Assembly (NCBI GenBank): GCA_012295275.1
Contig: CM022666.1
Span: forward strand, 14,136,001-14,200,000
From: Chrysomallon squamiferum
Taxonomy: Eukaryota; Animalia; Mollusca
DNA length: 64,000 bases
Reading direction: 5' to 3'
Below, in pieces: positions 15,182 through 30,803 of the stretch (within the stretch, counting starts at the first letter, position 1; the number at the start of each line of letters is the position of its first letter). Below the pieces are notes generated by a model. That model searched no databases, was not told the DNA's origin, and was given only the letters and a program-made list of their open reading frames with translations. The translations under genes were made by a program, and so were the position numbers.

Positions 15182-17504
15182 CATCACCACCACTACTAAT
15201 ATAACCACAACACGATTATCTATACCGCTACTAATAATAATAACACCACAGCTACCTCTACTACCATTATTACTATAACCATGACTATTACTGCTATAAC
15301 AACAAAAGAACTAAAACCTATTATCAATACTACCACTGCCTCAATTAACACGACAACGCTGCTATTACAACAATTACTACTGCTGTTACTATTATTACAA
15401 GTACTACAGCTAAACATTTGTCTTCTGTTCGTTACATAGCGCAGGTCGTAAACCACAGAAAGCAAGACTCACAAGTTTGACAATGTAATTCATAGCTTGC
15501 AGCAGAATCTGAACAGTCTTCGTCGACCGAGAATTCAGTTTAGTGTGTTTATTCTAGGGTTCAGCACCCTTTCGTTTCGTCTGCCTGTCATTTCTCACAA
15601 CTAGGACAAAACGTCAAAGTTTATTTTGTTTAACGTAATCCTTTAAATAGCGCTTCTTTAATTCAATATCTGCGGTAAATGGATGACGCAATTTAAAAAT
15701 TATTGTACAAAGGTCACACGCAGGTAACCGATTGCATAGTAGGTGTTAATGTTTAAACATTGCTCTTTTTTTTTTTTTTTTGCATGTATTTTCAAATGGT
15801 ATAAAATTGGTTTTATTTTTACACAAACAAACAAACAAGGGAACGAATGAATGAATGAATAATTAAAGAAATAATACTTGATACAAAGATAAAAGTAGAA
15901 AAGCTTCTTAAATAAAAGTTGGATTGATGTATCATTGTCATGCACTTGCTGAACAGTACAAATTTAGAAGAGATTCTACACTAATGTACACCGAACAACG
16001 ATTATAAAATAGGTTGCAGATGTCATTCCAGCCAGTCGATACTCCAGCCTCGCTTTAATTATACAATAAAAACATTCAACCAATCGCCATACATGCACGT
16101 GCTGCATCCATTACTTTCGGATGTCGCACGCGCCACAGATAATTTCCGATGATATTTTATGTTGCAATGCAAACCGTGAACCAGAAACCAGGCGATTACG
16201 TTCTTTCAATTAATTACCGTTTACACTTGCGTACGTAATGAAAACGTTTGTAATTGGAAACACGTGACGAAGAACTCGATAATGGATAATTAAATGTTCA
16301 CAAGTGACGGAATTTATAAACCTTCAACGATAATAAAACCCAGTTTCACAAAATGTATAAAAAGGTTCGCTAAGATGATAATTTCCTTGTATTGTGTATT
16401 TTATTTTTTTTTTTTTTTTTTTTGGTTGCTGTTGTGTTTGTTGTTTTGTTGCTGTTGTCTTACGTCCATTTTATTGCTAAACTATCTTTTATAGTTTAAT
16501 GCAACGTTTAAAATATGTGTAGAAGTTAGTAATTAATAATTACGATTCGATTTTTTTCTTTTTAATATAGTGATCAATAAATAATAATAATAATCAATCG
16601 ATCAATCAGTTAATCAATCAGAGTTAAGAAAAAGTAGATAAAAAAAAAACTCAGCAATTTTAGATCTTACAGATATCACTTTTTTTTTTTTTTTTTTTTT
16701 TTTTCACGTACTTTTTTTTCACGATTCAAAAAAAAAAAAAAAAAAAACCACATGCCTTTTATATTTTATTTTATTTACTTTTTATTTAATTTTATATTTT
16801 ATATTTTATATTATTTAATTATTGTTTAACTTTTTTAATTCTATTTTATGCTGTTTTATTTGATTTTTTTTCTCTCTCTCACTGTGTCAACAAGAAACGA
16901 GCAAATTGCATCACTCAACTGTTTCATTCCTGGAGCCTTTACGATCAACTCAAATCTGAACTTAACAAACGAAAGGCTCGGGTCATTCCGTGCAAACGAG
17001 AAACTATTCAGTTTAAACGTGCTTGACTCCAACAAACCTAATTACGTCATGTCCACTTTTGTCCCTGATGCATCGGCCCTCGCTTTATTCACAGCAAACC
17101 AAATTTAACTTCTGTACATTTTTGTCCTTTTAGGAAAGGTCATCAAACAGGCCGACCCTTGTACCGCCTGATACAGCGATGACCAGTTTGTACATATTTG
17201 CATATTAATTAATATTAATGAGTGATGCACGCTTGCATATCAGTATATCACGTGGCGAGAGAGTGCAGGCGTCCTATTTTTTACCTGTAACGAAGATGTG
17301 ATGGATTATCTAATTACATATCTCAGGTAAGCAAATGAAGACGTGTTTTGATTTATTTTCTCTTCAAATAGAAATCGTTGTTGTGGCCGCCTCTGTTAAA
17401 GATGATGTGATGTTTTAACAAATGAGAAAGGACATGTCCTTACGTACGTACATATTTGCACAGACTGTATCAGGAGCTTCGATGTATTTTCATACTTCAT
17501 ACTC

Positions 17505-17547
<43 letters not shown>

Positions 17548-17548
17548 T

Positions 17549-17615
<67 letters not shown>

Positions 17616-18832
17616 ATTCATTTGCTTTTTTATCGGTTATTATTATTTTTTTTTCTCCGTGTACCATCAACATTTCACATAGCAAACATATATTCTAATA
17701 TAAGACTTTATACTTATACATAGTCTTAAACACACACGCGCGCACACACACAGACACACACAGACACACACACACACACACACATATATCGATACTTGAA
17801 TACTTGAATACATACTCGCGTACACACACACACACACACTGACGGATATACACGGAAAGACTGGTTTATTCAGAGAGTTCATCGAACCGATCGAGAATGG
17901 AAACCCCAGAGATGTGCAATTACAACGTAAAATATCTACAAACAAAAGTGATGGATGGGCGAACGTTCGTTCTCATTCGTCCATTGTTTTGTGAGGAATC
18001 AAATCATTCTACACGCTTGACCACACAATCGGCGAATCCCGTGTTGACGTACGTGAAGTGCCACAAACAAACCCCGGAAACAATACCGGTCAAAAGTTGA
18101 AACACGTCTTACAGATCTGACCAATGGGAAACCGCCTTTCGTACATCATAGCGTCCGCCGCTGAACTACCTGTGCATGTTTTATTTCTTTTTTCTTCTTG
18201 ACAGGTAACTAATAAAGATAAATAAAAGAAACCGCTGACAATCATCACTCATCACGTTTGATGGATGTAGGGACGAGATGAAAGGGGTGGGGGGGGTGGG
18301 GGAGAAGATAAAACCCGCCATAGTTCGATTAAGACGAATGTTTTTTGTTGTTTTTTTTTTTTCTGCTATGGCGGCTTTCCTTGGTTTTTGCAGACGAACA
18401 AAAGTTTTGGCGGTGATTCATGGATCCGGCCGTTACGACACAAATAATGATGAATTTGTACCTAGTGTCAGTTTGATGATGATCCATTGTATTCCCGGAC
18501 GCGTATAATCACAGAAAGGTCAAGAACGAAATGGTCGATGGATCTACATCAAGAGAGAAAGAACAGGAATAAATCAATAAATGGTATAACATGCAGAGAT
18601 TGACAGACAGACAGACAGACAGACAGTCAGACAGAGGCGAGAGTTTTAGAGATGGATCATACCCCGGTGACAAGATGGCGCTCTTATGCATACAAACACT
18701 ATCTATCAGTCTGTGTGTCACTCTCTCTCTCTCTCTCTAAGTCTCTTACATATTCGTATTCGATTTCTAGACCGAAACACTGTTAGAAAGAAAGAGATAT
18801 ACACAGGGAAAGAAAGAGAGGAAAACAAAGAG

Positions 18833-18902
<70 letters not shown>

Positions 18903-20720
18903 TTAAAAAAGAATATTTATGAGAACATAAAACAATTTAAAAAGAAGAAAATTCCTTTCAAGAGAAAATTCCTTTTGTTCGTTTATTGAACAATATACTT
19001 TGCGTTAAGCCAGTTTAACAGCAGTGCATTTATGTTGTGAAGCAGGCAATGAATGCATCTATTATATTTTACTATTGCTTGCCGTAATCCATGAAAGCAC
19101 TAAAACAGAAAAATAAAAAAGAACAATAAAAAATCCACAGTTCCTTTCAGCCATAAAAATATTTAACAGAAATGTAAATGTAAGTGGACTGATTTATTGA
19201 CTACCAAGAAATGTTTACTGAGTAATGTTCTGTGTGTGACTTGTGTAGATAACTGAAGAAAAAGAAGAAAAAAAACGTTCGACCTTCAGATTACAGCTGT
19301 ACTAGAAACAAATACAAGTATGAAATTTACTGAAAGAGTACATCCATCTTCTGTCATAAAAAATGGCTCTTTTGTTGTTGTTGTTGTCTTGCTTTTATTA
19401 TTATTATTATCTGGAAGTAATGATTTTTTGGGTGGGGTTTATGACAACACAACAGATATTCATTTATATTTCTTTCATGTGATATCTTTAATAAAGAAAA
19501 AAAAGAATGTATGAACACGTTTCTGAAAAATGTTATATTTTATATAACAAACACGGATCATATACACGACATAGTCAAACGTTCGACCGGTAACAATCGA
19601 TCCTGTGTCGGCAGCATTTGTGCTGAACGTTTCTCACTTTGCTACACACAGATCCCATTACCACATTGATTTTACACTTTTAGAAAGATTCGTATGTCTC
19701 AAAACCGTAAAAAAAAAAAAAAAAAAAACTTTATGTAATAAAAGTAGCCGTCGACAAGTATCGATCCCGCGTTGATCTCGGTCTAAATGGCGAACACTTT
19801 GCCGCCATCCGTTAATTGTGTGAACATTAAAAGGTTAATACAACCTTAATACTTTAAAAGCCGGAGTATTAACAGACGCACTTGATTGTCTTTCTTTCCA
19901 TCAAAAAGCAACGCCAGATAATCACGCGTTGAAAGTTCTTTAATGAATGCCGAGGACACTTGATGTCAGTGTCAAAGACAGGAAAAGTTCATTACACATT
20001 TAAATGCCAACGTCTGCCGCCCTAAGCGGCCGTTCTTTAAGGGCAGTCTCGTTTTGGTGTGACCTTCACCGATAATGACTTCCGCTAATTGCACTGACAA
20101 ATGCTGCGGCTGGCTCTTTTGAAATCCAGCGGATTACAAGGGTTTGTTGACCAGAGAGGAAAAAGCCTCAAAGGACAATGGTGTTAATTAACTGTTAATT
20201 GGCCTCGTTTTCGTCTCTAATTAGCATTCCTGGTCGTGACACCGGCGTTAATCATGCTTGCAGGTTTCGACATAGCAACATTTCTTAACAGTCCAACTAA
20301 TCTCTTCTGACATTGATGCAGATCTAAATGGGGAAAGGGGACGGTATCACAAAGCCTTGATTTTTGTTTTGTCCACTTTTCTTCATTATCATTCTCTCCC
20401 CAGAAACTGTTTCAGTCATTTTAACCTGTTTATCATTGTTCAGTTTTGGGTTTTCATATCCATGAAAACGGTTTTAACATGAATGTACAAATCTCTTTGA
20501 GATGGGCACTTTTTTTTTTTCTTTACACCGTTAAACCATCGGCGATCTGAATATGGATGATCCCTTTTAATATAATCCTGCAACGGTCGATGGGGCTGGG
20601 GCTGTATTGCCAGGGTCAGAGTTGGGTGGGGTTATTCTATCTGAAAAAAGGAACAGTTTTGTTGTTATACCTGGTAAAGCATGGGTTAGTATCCTGGAAA
20701 CGTTTGATTTAATCGTTCAT

Positions 20721-20766
<46 letters not shown>

Positions 20767-20914
20767 AATGCAACACCTCGTTTTTCATTATTTGTTTAAA
20801 GATTGTGAATTATATGTCATGTACAAACGTGCTTGTTAAAATCAAGACATAAAAATATGAAGTAAATGTTTAATTAACGTTGCTTGATCTGCCTGTCTGT
20901 CTGTCTGTCTGTCT

Positions 20915-20955
<41 letters not shown>

Positions 20956-21688
20956 TTTGTGTGTGATACAAACAAACAGCAGTAACAGTAAATCTTCTGG
21001 TTTTTCTTTTATACTACATGTGTATGAAAAAGCATGCTACTCTTAAAAATCAACACCAAGAACGTCAAACATGATAAATATAAGAAACGAAAGGCGCAAC
21101 AATAAGGGTTACTTCCAACAAATTACCAAGCAATGAAAAACTTAAAACGTTGTCACACGATATCAGCAGAAACATAAAGCCAATGGGTTACTCTTACGAA
21201 ATATTGCCAACAGATGTCAAACATACTTGTTGTAATGAAAACAAAATGTGTAAGACAACAAGCATGGGTTACTCCTACGAATTAACAGCAAGCAATCTTT
21301 TAACAGCTAAAGAAAAATTAGCTAAAAAGAACCATAATAATAAAAATAACAATAAAACTAATAAAATAAAAACCTCAACCACCGGGTTTTCAGCTGGTTT
21401 ACCGAACAGCTGACACTTGAAATGTATAAATCGTTACGCCGCTGGGTTTGAAGTTGTTAAAGAGTTAATTGTTTTTTTATAAACAGTCGGAGATGAGTCA
21501 GTGTAACCGCAGCCAGCGCTTGATTGACGTCATGTTACACCTTGTAACAACATCCTAGCCTCTGTGTTCAGTTTATTTTATATACGTCTGTCTGTCTGTC
21601 TGTCTGTCTGTGTCTGTCTGTCTGTATCTTTCTATAAAAAAACAAAATAAAAAATATATATATGTCTGTATCTTTATCTATATGTATA

Positions 21689-21851
<163 letters not shown>

Positions 21852-23029
21852 GTGTCTCTGTATATATTTTTTTAATATCGATGCATCGATATTGTTAGAC
21901 TATTCGGCCAAAGAAAAAGGTTGCTGATAATTAAATCTCAAACAGCTGGATAGAATAAAATATATCTTTCGGACAACATATATGATTTCGCAATTTGACG
22001 TCATCGTATTTTTCCAGTTGGATATCAGGCGTTATCTGACAATAAAGTGTGACAAAAATTGACAATATACACGAGGTGGTAGTATTACTGATATTTTAGA
22101 TTTATCAGGAGTAGATGGAAAATGTTTACAAATCTCCGCCAAGCTGAATACTATTTCTTTCTTCTTGTTTATTGTGCAACAGCAACAACACCAACTACAA
22201 CTACGAAACCAATGCTACTGTTACTACCATTACTACTACAACTACTTCTACTACTACTGCTGCAACTTGAGCTACAACTGCTAGTACTTTTATAAAATAT
22301 TTTTCTTTCTATTTACGAAATAACCGGACGACAAAAATTTAAAAAAATCATTTTATCCTGCCAACCTTGATATTTATTATCATACTTTATTATTACTAAA
22401 GGTTGCTCGCTGACTTCTAGAGGGTATACAATAACATGAGACTACTTATTATGTATTTAGATCTCTTGTGAATACCTCTATCATCAAAATAAAAAATATA
22501 TATTTATTTACGAGCAGTAAATGAACGATGGAATTCAATTAATCATTTAAGAACAAGGAAGCAACTAACAATATTTGTGAATATTAAATGAAATAAACAA
22601 AGACAGCTTAAATAGACCACTGAACGGCAAAAATAAAGCAATAACCTGTTAATGGATCATAAAAAGAAAGAAACAACAGCAAATAGTTGATGAGGACGGG
22701 TTGAGAAAAGTAATAAAATTGTATACGTGGTCATCAGATGGGATGTGTGCGATATAAAACAAAACAAAAATATAACAAGGTTGTTTTAAGTCAATACAAT
22801 ATTCAAAAGCGAAATAATAGAGTAACGTTAGGTAAGAACTTACGTAACAGATAAGTAGGCAGGTACGTAAACAGGTAGATAATTAGCAATTAGACAGAAA
22901 ACAGACAGTAACAAATAGGTAGACAAATAGATAGATAGATATATTAGTCTGATAGAAATTCACATATTGTTACTAATAATTTGATATAGATATCTTAATT
23001 GTTAAAAAAAGGAAAAAATACACATTGTT

Positions 23030-23220
<191 letters not shown>

Positions 23221-24063
23221 ATCAAACAAATAAGAACTCTTTTGATAAGTCAGTTGTGTAAGATAGCCTCTTTTGTTTTTTTGTTTTTTAATTTTAATTT
23301 TAATAATTAGTGTTTGTGTGAGTGTGTGTGTGTGTGTCTGTGTGTAACTCTCTGTGTGTGTGTGTGTGTGTGTGTTGGTGTGTGTGTGTTTAAAAAAAAA
23401 CGAAATTGCAAATTAGCTAAACATTTTGAATACAGAATGCTGTTAAATAAAGCATTTAATTTTTAACGGAAATAACGAGGTTACGCGAAAGCTTCATTTT
23501 AAAATTACGGAAATACTAATGCGATATTCATTAAACATTCCGCGACTGGCACAAAGTGATAAATCTAAATATGATGTGTCCGTAAACCGCGAAATTCAGA
23601 AAATAAACACGAACGTAATTTAAAACAGATTAATTATACATACATGTATTTAAAGTACACGTCCAAACATTCACCTCTGTTACGTAAGGGGTTACCATAA
23701 CCAGAACCATCACAGTATGACGCGCACTGACCTAAATACGTCACAACGGGGGTCATAAAAGTTAACAGTTTAAACATCAGACGTCAAGCTGTTTTACAAA
23801 AACGCTTGATTTTATTTTAATAATTCACAGTAAGCCTTGCATATGACTGCATGGAAATTTAATTTAAATTCAAACTATAAAAACCAGGGAGTGTCCGAAA
23901 TAAAATATGCTAAGCTGTGCAAAAATAAGAAGAAAAAAAAAATAATAATAAAAATAAATAAAATATGGCCGCCAGCGTTCCCGAAATAGAACTTGGTTTA
24001 GGTTTGAGTATGGTTGATAACCAGTGACATATGTTAATTAATTTTTAACGTAATAACTGATTT

Positions 24064-24112
<49 letters not shown>

Positions 24113-24481
24113 TAGTAGTAGTAGTTGTAGTAGTATAAAAGTAGTAGTTGTTGATGTAGTAACAACAACAACAATAACAATAACAATAACAATAACAATA
24201 ACAATACAATGACAATAATATTGATGAGAAGATGAAGAAGAAAAATAATAAGAAAGAAAAAAAGAAACAGATAGTAAACTTTGGACATTTCATGACGATG
24301 ATGACAATAAATTGATGCTTAATGCTACCTCAGTTAATTTTAAACACCGACACTTTGTGGTCTATAAAATTATAAAATTAAAATTAATCCAGAGATTTTC
24401 AACAGACAAAGATAAAGAAGACTGAATTCTCTCCCACAGAGGGGGAGGGAGGCGTGATATATTCGACCCTCGGGCTAAAAG

Positions 24482-24535
<54 letters not shown>

Positions 24536-24775
24536 CTAAAGATATCAAGTTGTAAATATATATTGAAAGAGCAGAGAAAGACATTCACTATTTATATAGT
24601 CTAATGTAGTCAATAAAATATTACGTCATTTCAAGTTGTTGTTATTACGTCTGTTGCTACATCTCCAACTACTACTACTACTACTCGTACTCCTGCTCCT
24701 AATTCTACTACCGTTAATATAACTACAGCTACCATGACGACTACTACTACTATATGAATACATACAAACATGTAT

Positions 24776-24816
<41 letters not shown>

Positions 24817-24823
24817 CTTGTAT

Positions 24824-24855
<32 letters not shown>

Positions 24856-24911
24856 ATATATATTAGACAAACATATATATACATATATTATATACATACA
24901 TACACATATAT

Positions 24912-24943
<32 letters not shown>

Positions 24944-25203
24944 TATTTATAAATAAACATTTTGTATTGTTAGTAAGCAGTATATTAAAGGTGAGATGAC
25001 GCATACATTAACTTCCGTGTTCAGAGTAAAGACTGATATGAAGTGGCTACCAGTGTGAAATTTCATTTATTACAGTTATTATTCGCCTCCTTTCATCCGT
25101 TACTCTGCAGTAAACTGACTAATGTCAGATATATTCAAATAATGGTTAGCGAGTACGTAGCTATCGATAATACATGCTAGTGTTATTGCATAAGTGTCGA
25201 TCA

Positions 25204-25207
<4 letters not shown>

Positions 25208-25257
<50 letters not shown>

Positions 25258-25318
25258 ATGTGGGTGGGTGTATATATATATAAAATATACACCTACTTAT
25301 TAAATAAGGAAAGATTAC

Positions 25319-25351
<33 letters not shown>

Positions 25352-25560
25352 ATGTATGTATGTATGTATGTATGTATGTATGTATGTATGTATGTATGTA
25401 TGTATGTATGTATGTATGTATGTGTATGTATGTATGTATGTATATTATAATGTTATAATATACAGCTACTTATTAAATAAGAAAAGGTGACTGTGTCTAT
25501 GTGTGTCTATGTGTGTATGTATGTATGTATGTATGTGTGTGTGTATCTATGTGTGTATGT
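25208..25560. repeat. Compound (GT)n/(TATG)n microsatellite
   Basis: Visible GT and TATG tandem runs. Confidence 0.9.
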
Positions 25561-26324
25561 ATGTATATGTGCGCGTGTAGGTATTTATGCATCTGGTATG
25601 CATGTATGGAAGGGTGTATATGAATGTATGTGTGTGTACGTATGCAAACACATACAAACAGATATTCGCACGCACACACGCATGGACAAACACGTACACA
25701 CCAGACCTGTATATACATAATTACTTATTAGTGGCCTTGTAGTAATGTGTTTGAGTGGAACATTAACTGTTGTTAACAGACAGTGTTTACTCGGAATAAA
25801 TATACTGTCTATTTTTCATGCTGCTTATTTATGTGTTTATTAAATATTACTTTGATGCTGTGATACAGATATAACCAGACGTAATGTTTTAAATACTATT
25901 TATTTGTTTGTTTTGTTGTGTTGTAATAGCATGGATTGAAACTGAAATAGATGCATGTACATACATACATATACATATACATATACACACACATATATTT
26001 GTTTTACTTAAAGGACAAATTTAAAATAACAGATTGATAAGCTCTAGATTGTGTTTGCCTGTTGCTAACTTCTTTTCAAAATGTTCTGTTTTATTTTATT
26101 TTCACTCATTAACTGTTTGATATCAAATGATTTGTATCATTGAATCTTGCGATGACAAAGCGTGATGTTCAAATAATCGTATCCCACCCTCAAACAGGAA
26201 TATATTTTCTTCTATTTGCATTCACTATATGTCTTACTTATTATATTGTTGATAATAAAGATATAAAGAAAAATAAATAAATACAGCTGTAATAGAAATA
26301 GATGATGACGATAATGATGAAATA

Positions 26325-26430
26325 TCTAAACAAGATTACTACTAACAATAACATGATGATGATGGTTTATCCAAACAAGATTACTACTAATAATAACATG
26401 ATGATAATGTATTATCCAAACAAGATTAAC
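26325..26430. repeat. ~45-bp tandem repeat (about 2.4 copies) just downstream of the FAM43-like stop
   Basis: aaacaagattactactaa(c/t)aataacatgatgat... is repeated. Confidence 0.8.
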
Positions 26431-26455
26431 AATTAAAGAAAACAAACCTGTCTCG

Positions 26456-27485
26456 CTAAAAACTTGTAATTTCGTCTTCATGCGCGCACTCAACGTCTGG
26501 CACAGGCAGTTCGCAAACACTCACTCCATCCTCGTCCGTCCTGTCCCCCACGTCCCCGGGGCTGATACCCTCCCGGGGGTCCTGGTCGTGAAAACCCGAC
26601 TCTGCGCTTTCTTCGTCAGAGTCTGCGTGTCCCAAACAGTACTGAACGTTACAGTCCTCCCTCAACTCCTCAATGTCATTCCCTATCTCCACGTCTATGA
26701 TCAGGGCGTCGCCCGTCCCAGAAGGGACGGAACTTTGCCCGTGGAGGGTCAAGGCCTCGATCATTTCACTGGCGCTCTCCAGGTTCTCGTTTTCGTCGAT
26801 CTCCTCTTCGATGTCGCCGATCTCGGAATCCAAGAAGTTCTCCTCGAACGAGCACTCCTCGTAGTTCTGCTCCTCGTCCTCGGAAATCGCTCCCAGTTTA
26901 GGAGCCGAGTTGGACTTGTTCGAGTCCGGCTTGAAGTTGTTCGCCGTGCTCAGCATCACTTTCCTCATGGGCAGAACGGACCCCGCCCTCGGCAGCGAGT
27001 TCGTGCGGAGCAGGATGAACCTCGAGTTCTGTTTGCGCAACTTTTCGCGCTGAAATTCCTTCAGTGCAAACGACAGTTTCTCCTGCAGCTGTAGCACCAT
27101 CGCTTTGGCTTTCGCCTCGGTCTTGCACAGAACAGCGTGGCACCGTAACTCCATTTTCATCTTCTTGCCCTGGTGGCGGTACACCCACACGAAAACCTTT
27201 GGGGTACTTGGGATGGGCGATGCAGTAGGAAATTCTGTGGGATCGGTATTCGGTGAGGCCCTGTTCCTTCGTGTGGGCCTGGAGTCCCGATCCCGTGATC
27301 ACCAGCTTCATGTCGAGGCCCGGGTGGGAGCTGCGCATGTAGTTGTTCCAAATGATTCCCACGGGTTTGTCGACGCAGCCGTCGCCTTTCATCATTGCCG
27401 TCTGAACGTTGCCCAAATACCGGACTTTGTAAGACGGATCCTCGTCACTAATCGGAAGCTTTCGCTTCCACCCGAACAAGCTCAT
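26456..27485 (-). CDS. FAM43A: FAM43A/B-like PTB (PID)-domain protein, intronless, about 342 aa after correcting a 1-nt frameshift at ~27196-27204
   Basis: ORF 27485 starts MSLFGWKRKLPISDEDPSYKVRYLGNVQT...HRISYCIAHPKYPK. It continues in the overlapping ORF as (V)FVWVYRHQGKKMKMELRCHAVLCKTEAKAKAMVLQLQEKLSFALKEFQREK. YLGNV, HRISYC, FxWVYRH and LRCHAVL are PID-domain/FAM43 hallmark motifs. It has an acidic disordered tail and GC-rich coding composition, in contrast to the AT-rich flanks. Confidence 0.88.
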
Positions 27486-29273
27486 GTTTCAACAGTTTCG
27501 GCGAACAAAACCACCGATCAACGAGAAGTAAATAAATAAATAAATAAACAAACAAACAAACGAATGAATGAATGAACGTAAAGCTTCCACAAATTACTGA
27601 ATTTTTCACTAATCGAACGGTCCTGTCAAAAAAAAAAAAAAAAAGATTTTCACAAGCTGAGTGAGGTTAATGTTTATCTCATGACGTCTTTTTTTTTTTT
27701 TTTTTTTCCCTCCACCGATCGGCAGTCGTTTGACTGTTCCCAGTTACCTGAGCACGCTGGCGTCCTTTGTTGAAACCAATCGAATCGCTTACCTTTTGAT
27801 AACGACGAATTATTTCCCTGTTAAAACACACACAACCGTTGATGTTGAAAGAAAGTTCCGAACTACACAGTTTCAGCCATTACTAGAGATAACCGTACGA
27901 GCAGGCGACATCTTGCTGTCTGTCGCAAATACCTGTCGACTAAATATAGATCGTGAGGAGTATTTATTCACCTGTGACACGTGACCAGGTCACGGCTTCC
28001 GATTGGCCAGCGGTCTCGCGACCTTACACGGAAGCTCTTTAGATGTTAATGGCTGGACAAAAGCGAGCGACATTCCAGAGAAAAATGTGTCCCACTTAAT
28101 TTCGCTAACAATTAAAAACGTTTGCACAGTTATAACGGTGTGAAAGGGAAATGATATAGCGTCTGGGTATGGGATGGTGGAAACGTAGAAAAAGAAAAGA
28201 AAAGAGTAATATATAACAGATTAGTTAACTTTTTTTGTTGTCGTTAAACTGGAAAGTAAAACGTAATCCCTATTACTCAGTTATTATTCAACAATTTTAT
28301 TACTCATAACCTTTATTTAGACCCATTTTTATTTTCTGTTTATATGATATACTGATCATTATTATATCATGTCTATTTATATACCTAATCTTTGTTTGTT
28401 TGTTTGTTTGTTTGTTTGTTTCTTTCTTTCTCTATTTCTGCATTTGTTCAATTGTTTGTTTATTTATTTTGCTCTGTTTTAAATATATTTTAAATTTGTT
28501 AATGAATGGATGTGGGTATATTTTATTTCACAGTATTTTATTCCACTTTTTAAAATTTTATTTTGCTGTATCTTTTTATGTTTTTCATTATGTGAAGTTT
28601 TATTTTTTATATATATTATTTAACTGAATTTTTATTAATGTCATTTTATTATGTAACATTTTGTTTTAATTTTCTTGTTTTATTTTAAATATGTCTTTTC
28701 TGGATTTTATTTTTTATTTATTTTATTTTTATTTTATTCAGTTCTATTCAGCTTTAATACAGTTTACTTCATTTTATTACCTAATATTTGACTCATCTTA
28801 TCTTCTTTATCTTTTTTTTTTAATGATTTATTACTTTCAGGCATTTATTCTTCTTTTATTTTTTTCCTTTTAAATTCAGCTCTGACCAATGGATGAAGGT
28901 TCTGACAGAGTCAAGCCTGCACAAGGAAAAGAAAAAATATCAAAGTAAATAAATGACAGCATCAGTAAATATTTACATATTTATTAAACAACTCCGCGGT
29001 GACAGACATACGTAAAAAAAAGTCTACAGTGACTCATCAATAGAGTGAATAATACTGCGATTCATATAAGGAAATGATTTAAAAGTAAACACCCAAACAA
29101 AAAAAAAAATAATAAAAGCTTAACTGATACGAATTACTTAACAGTTATTAGGTAAAAATATTATTATATTCTAGGCAGTATGGTTTTAATATATTCAGTA
29201 TGAAATCGTAATCAAGATAATACTGATATAATATGTTCAAATATATATGATCATACAGTGTCATTATAAAGTT

Positions 29274-29351
<78 letters not shown>

Positions 29352-29696
29352 GTCATATGCAATGAAACACATAATGTGAAATAATTAATGTTATTTGCAT
29401 AGCCAGAGGAACCCACACGTAATATTATTAATGAAATCAGGAAATTTTATTCTGTAATCGAGTCAAGATAAAACAGCTGGGAACAAACCTGACTGTGATT
29501 GGAAATGATTAGTTCCCCTCGAGCTAAAAAAATAACAAGCAAAGGTCTCTGAAATAGTCTTGATGCTTTGAAAATATTGAATCACCAGGCGGACGACTGA
29601 TAAATAACCTGTTTCACATAGCGAGTTGCAGTCTTCACATCTGTAACAGCTGGTTTGTCAAGTCTGTGCGCACTTCACTTGGCTTCCCTTTGCGTG

Positions 29697-29770
<74 letters not shown>

Positions 29771-29849
29771 GATTTTTGTCTCTACACACTCACACAATAA
29801 TAATAATAATATAATAACCTATATATAATAACAAAATAATTAATAATAA

Positions 29850-29893
<44 letters not shown>

Positions 29894-30764
29894 TGATGAT
29901 GACGATGTTAGTTTAAAAGTTTATCACCTAACTGTTGCCATGGCAACAGATAAAAAAAAAAATGTCACCCAGTCTAATTAAAATATATCGACAGTCTTGT
30001 TAGGTAGGTACGTAAGTTTTGTGTACGTCGTGGCATGGAAAGATTTTAATTACAGCTGTATTAAGATGAAATCTACGTGGCTGTTGTTGTAATTTCAGTC
30101 AGAATTTCTGTACAGATTAAACCTTTCGATTTTTCTATTGAACGAAATTAATTAAAGGTACTATACGTATGGTTGAAGTACAATATTTAATTTGAAGGAT
30201 GTTGCAAATATATATGTTTGCAGTACATGTATAGAGTATGATATAATATGACATATATCATTGTATGGTATGGTATGATATAGTATGTCTGTCTGACTGT
30301 CTCTCTGTCTGTCTGTCTCTCTCTCTCTCTGTCTCTTCTCTCTCTCTCTCTCTCTCTGATATAATGAACTATGATGAGGATTTCTTTTCAGCTCTGAAAA
30401 CTAGTATATAAATATAATATTTCGTGGTAGGAAGACATATTCTGAAATTCATTTTCAGTTACATCGTCATTTACTTAACAGATAATATCAGAATCTGTTA
30501 TAATGTTGTGAAAGCGTTATTCATTTTATAGTCTTTATTTATTTATTTACCTATGCTAAATGTACGCCATCTTGTAGACAATAATGTCATGATTTTTTCC
30601 TTTATGTTTGTTTATTCATTTGCTTACAGAAATTTTTGTTTTATGATCTTACTAATCTGCTTAAATGTAGTTCAATTCAGGACGTCACTGTAATTAACGA
30701 TATATATATGTGTTTGTGTATGTATGTATGTATGTATGTATGTATGTTTGTATGTATGTATGTA

Positions 30765-30803
<39 letters not shown>

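Noticed and set aside
26480-27539. Plus-strand ORFs of 204 and 144 aa
   Set aside because: They are antisense shadows of the GC-rich FAM43-like CDS with no independent protein features.
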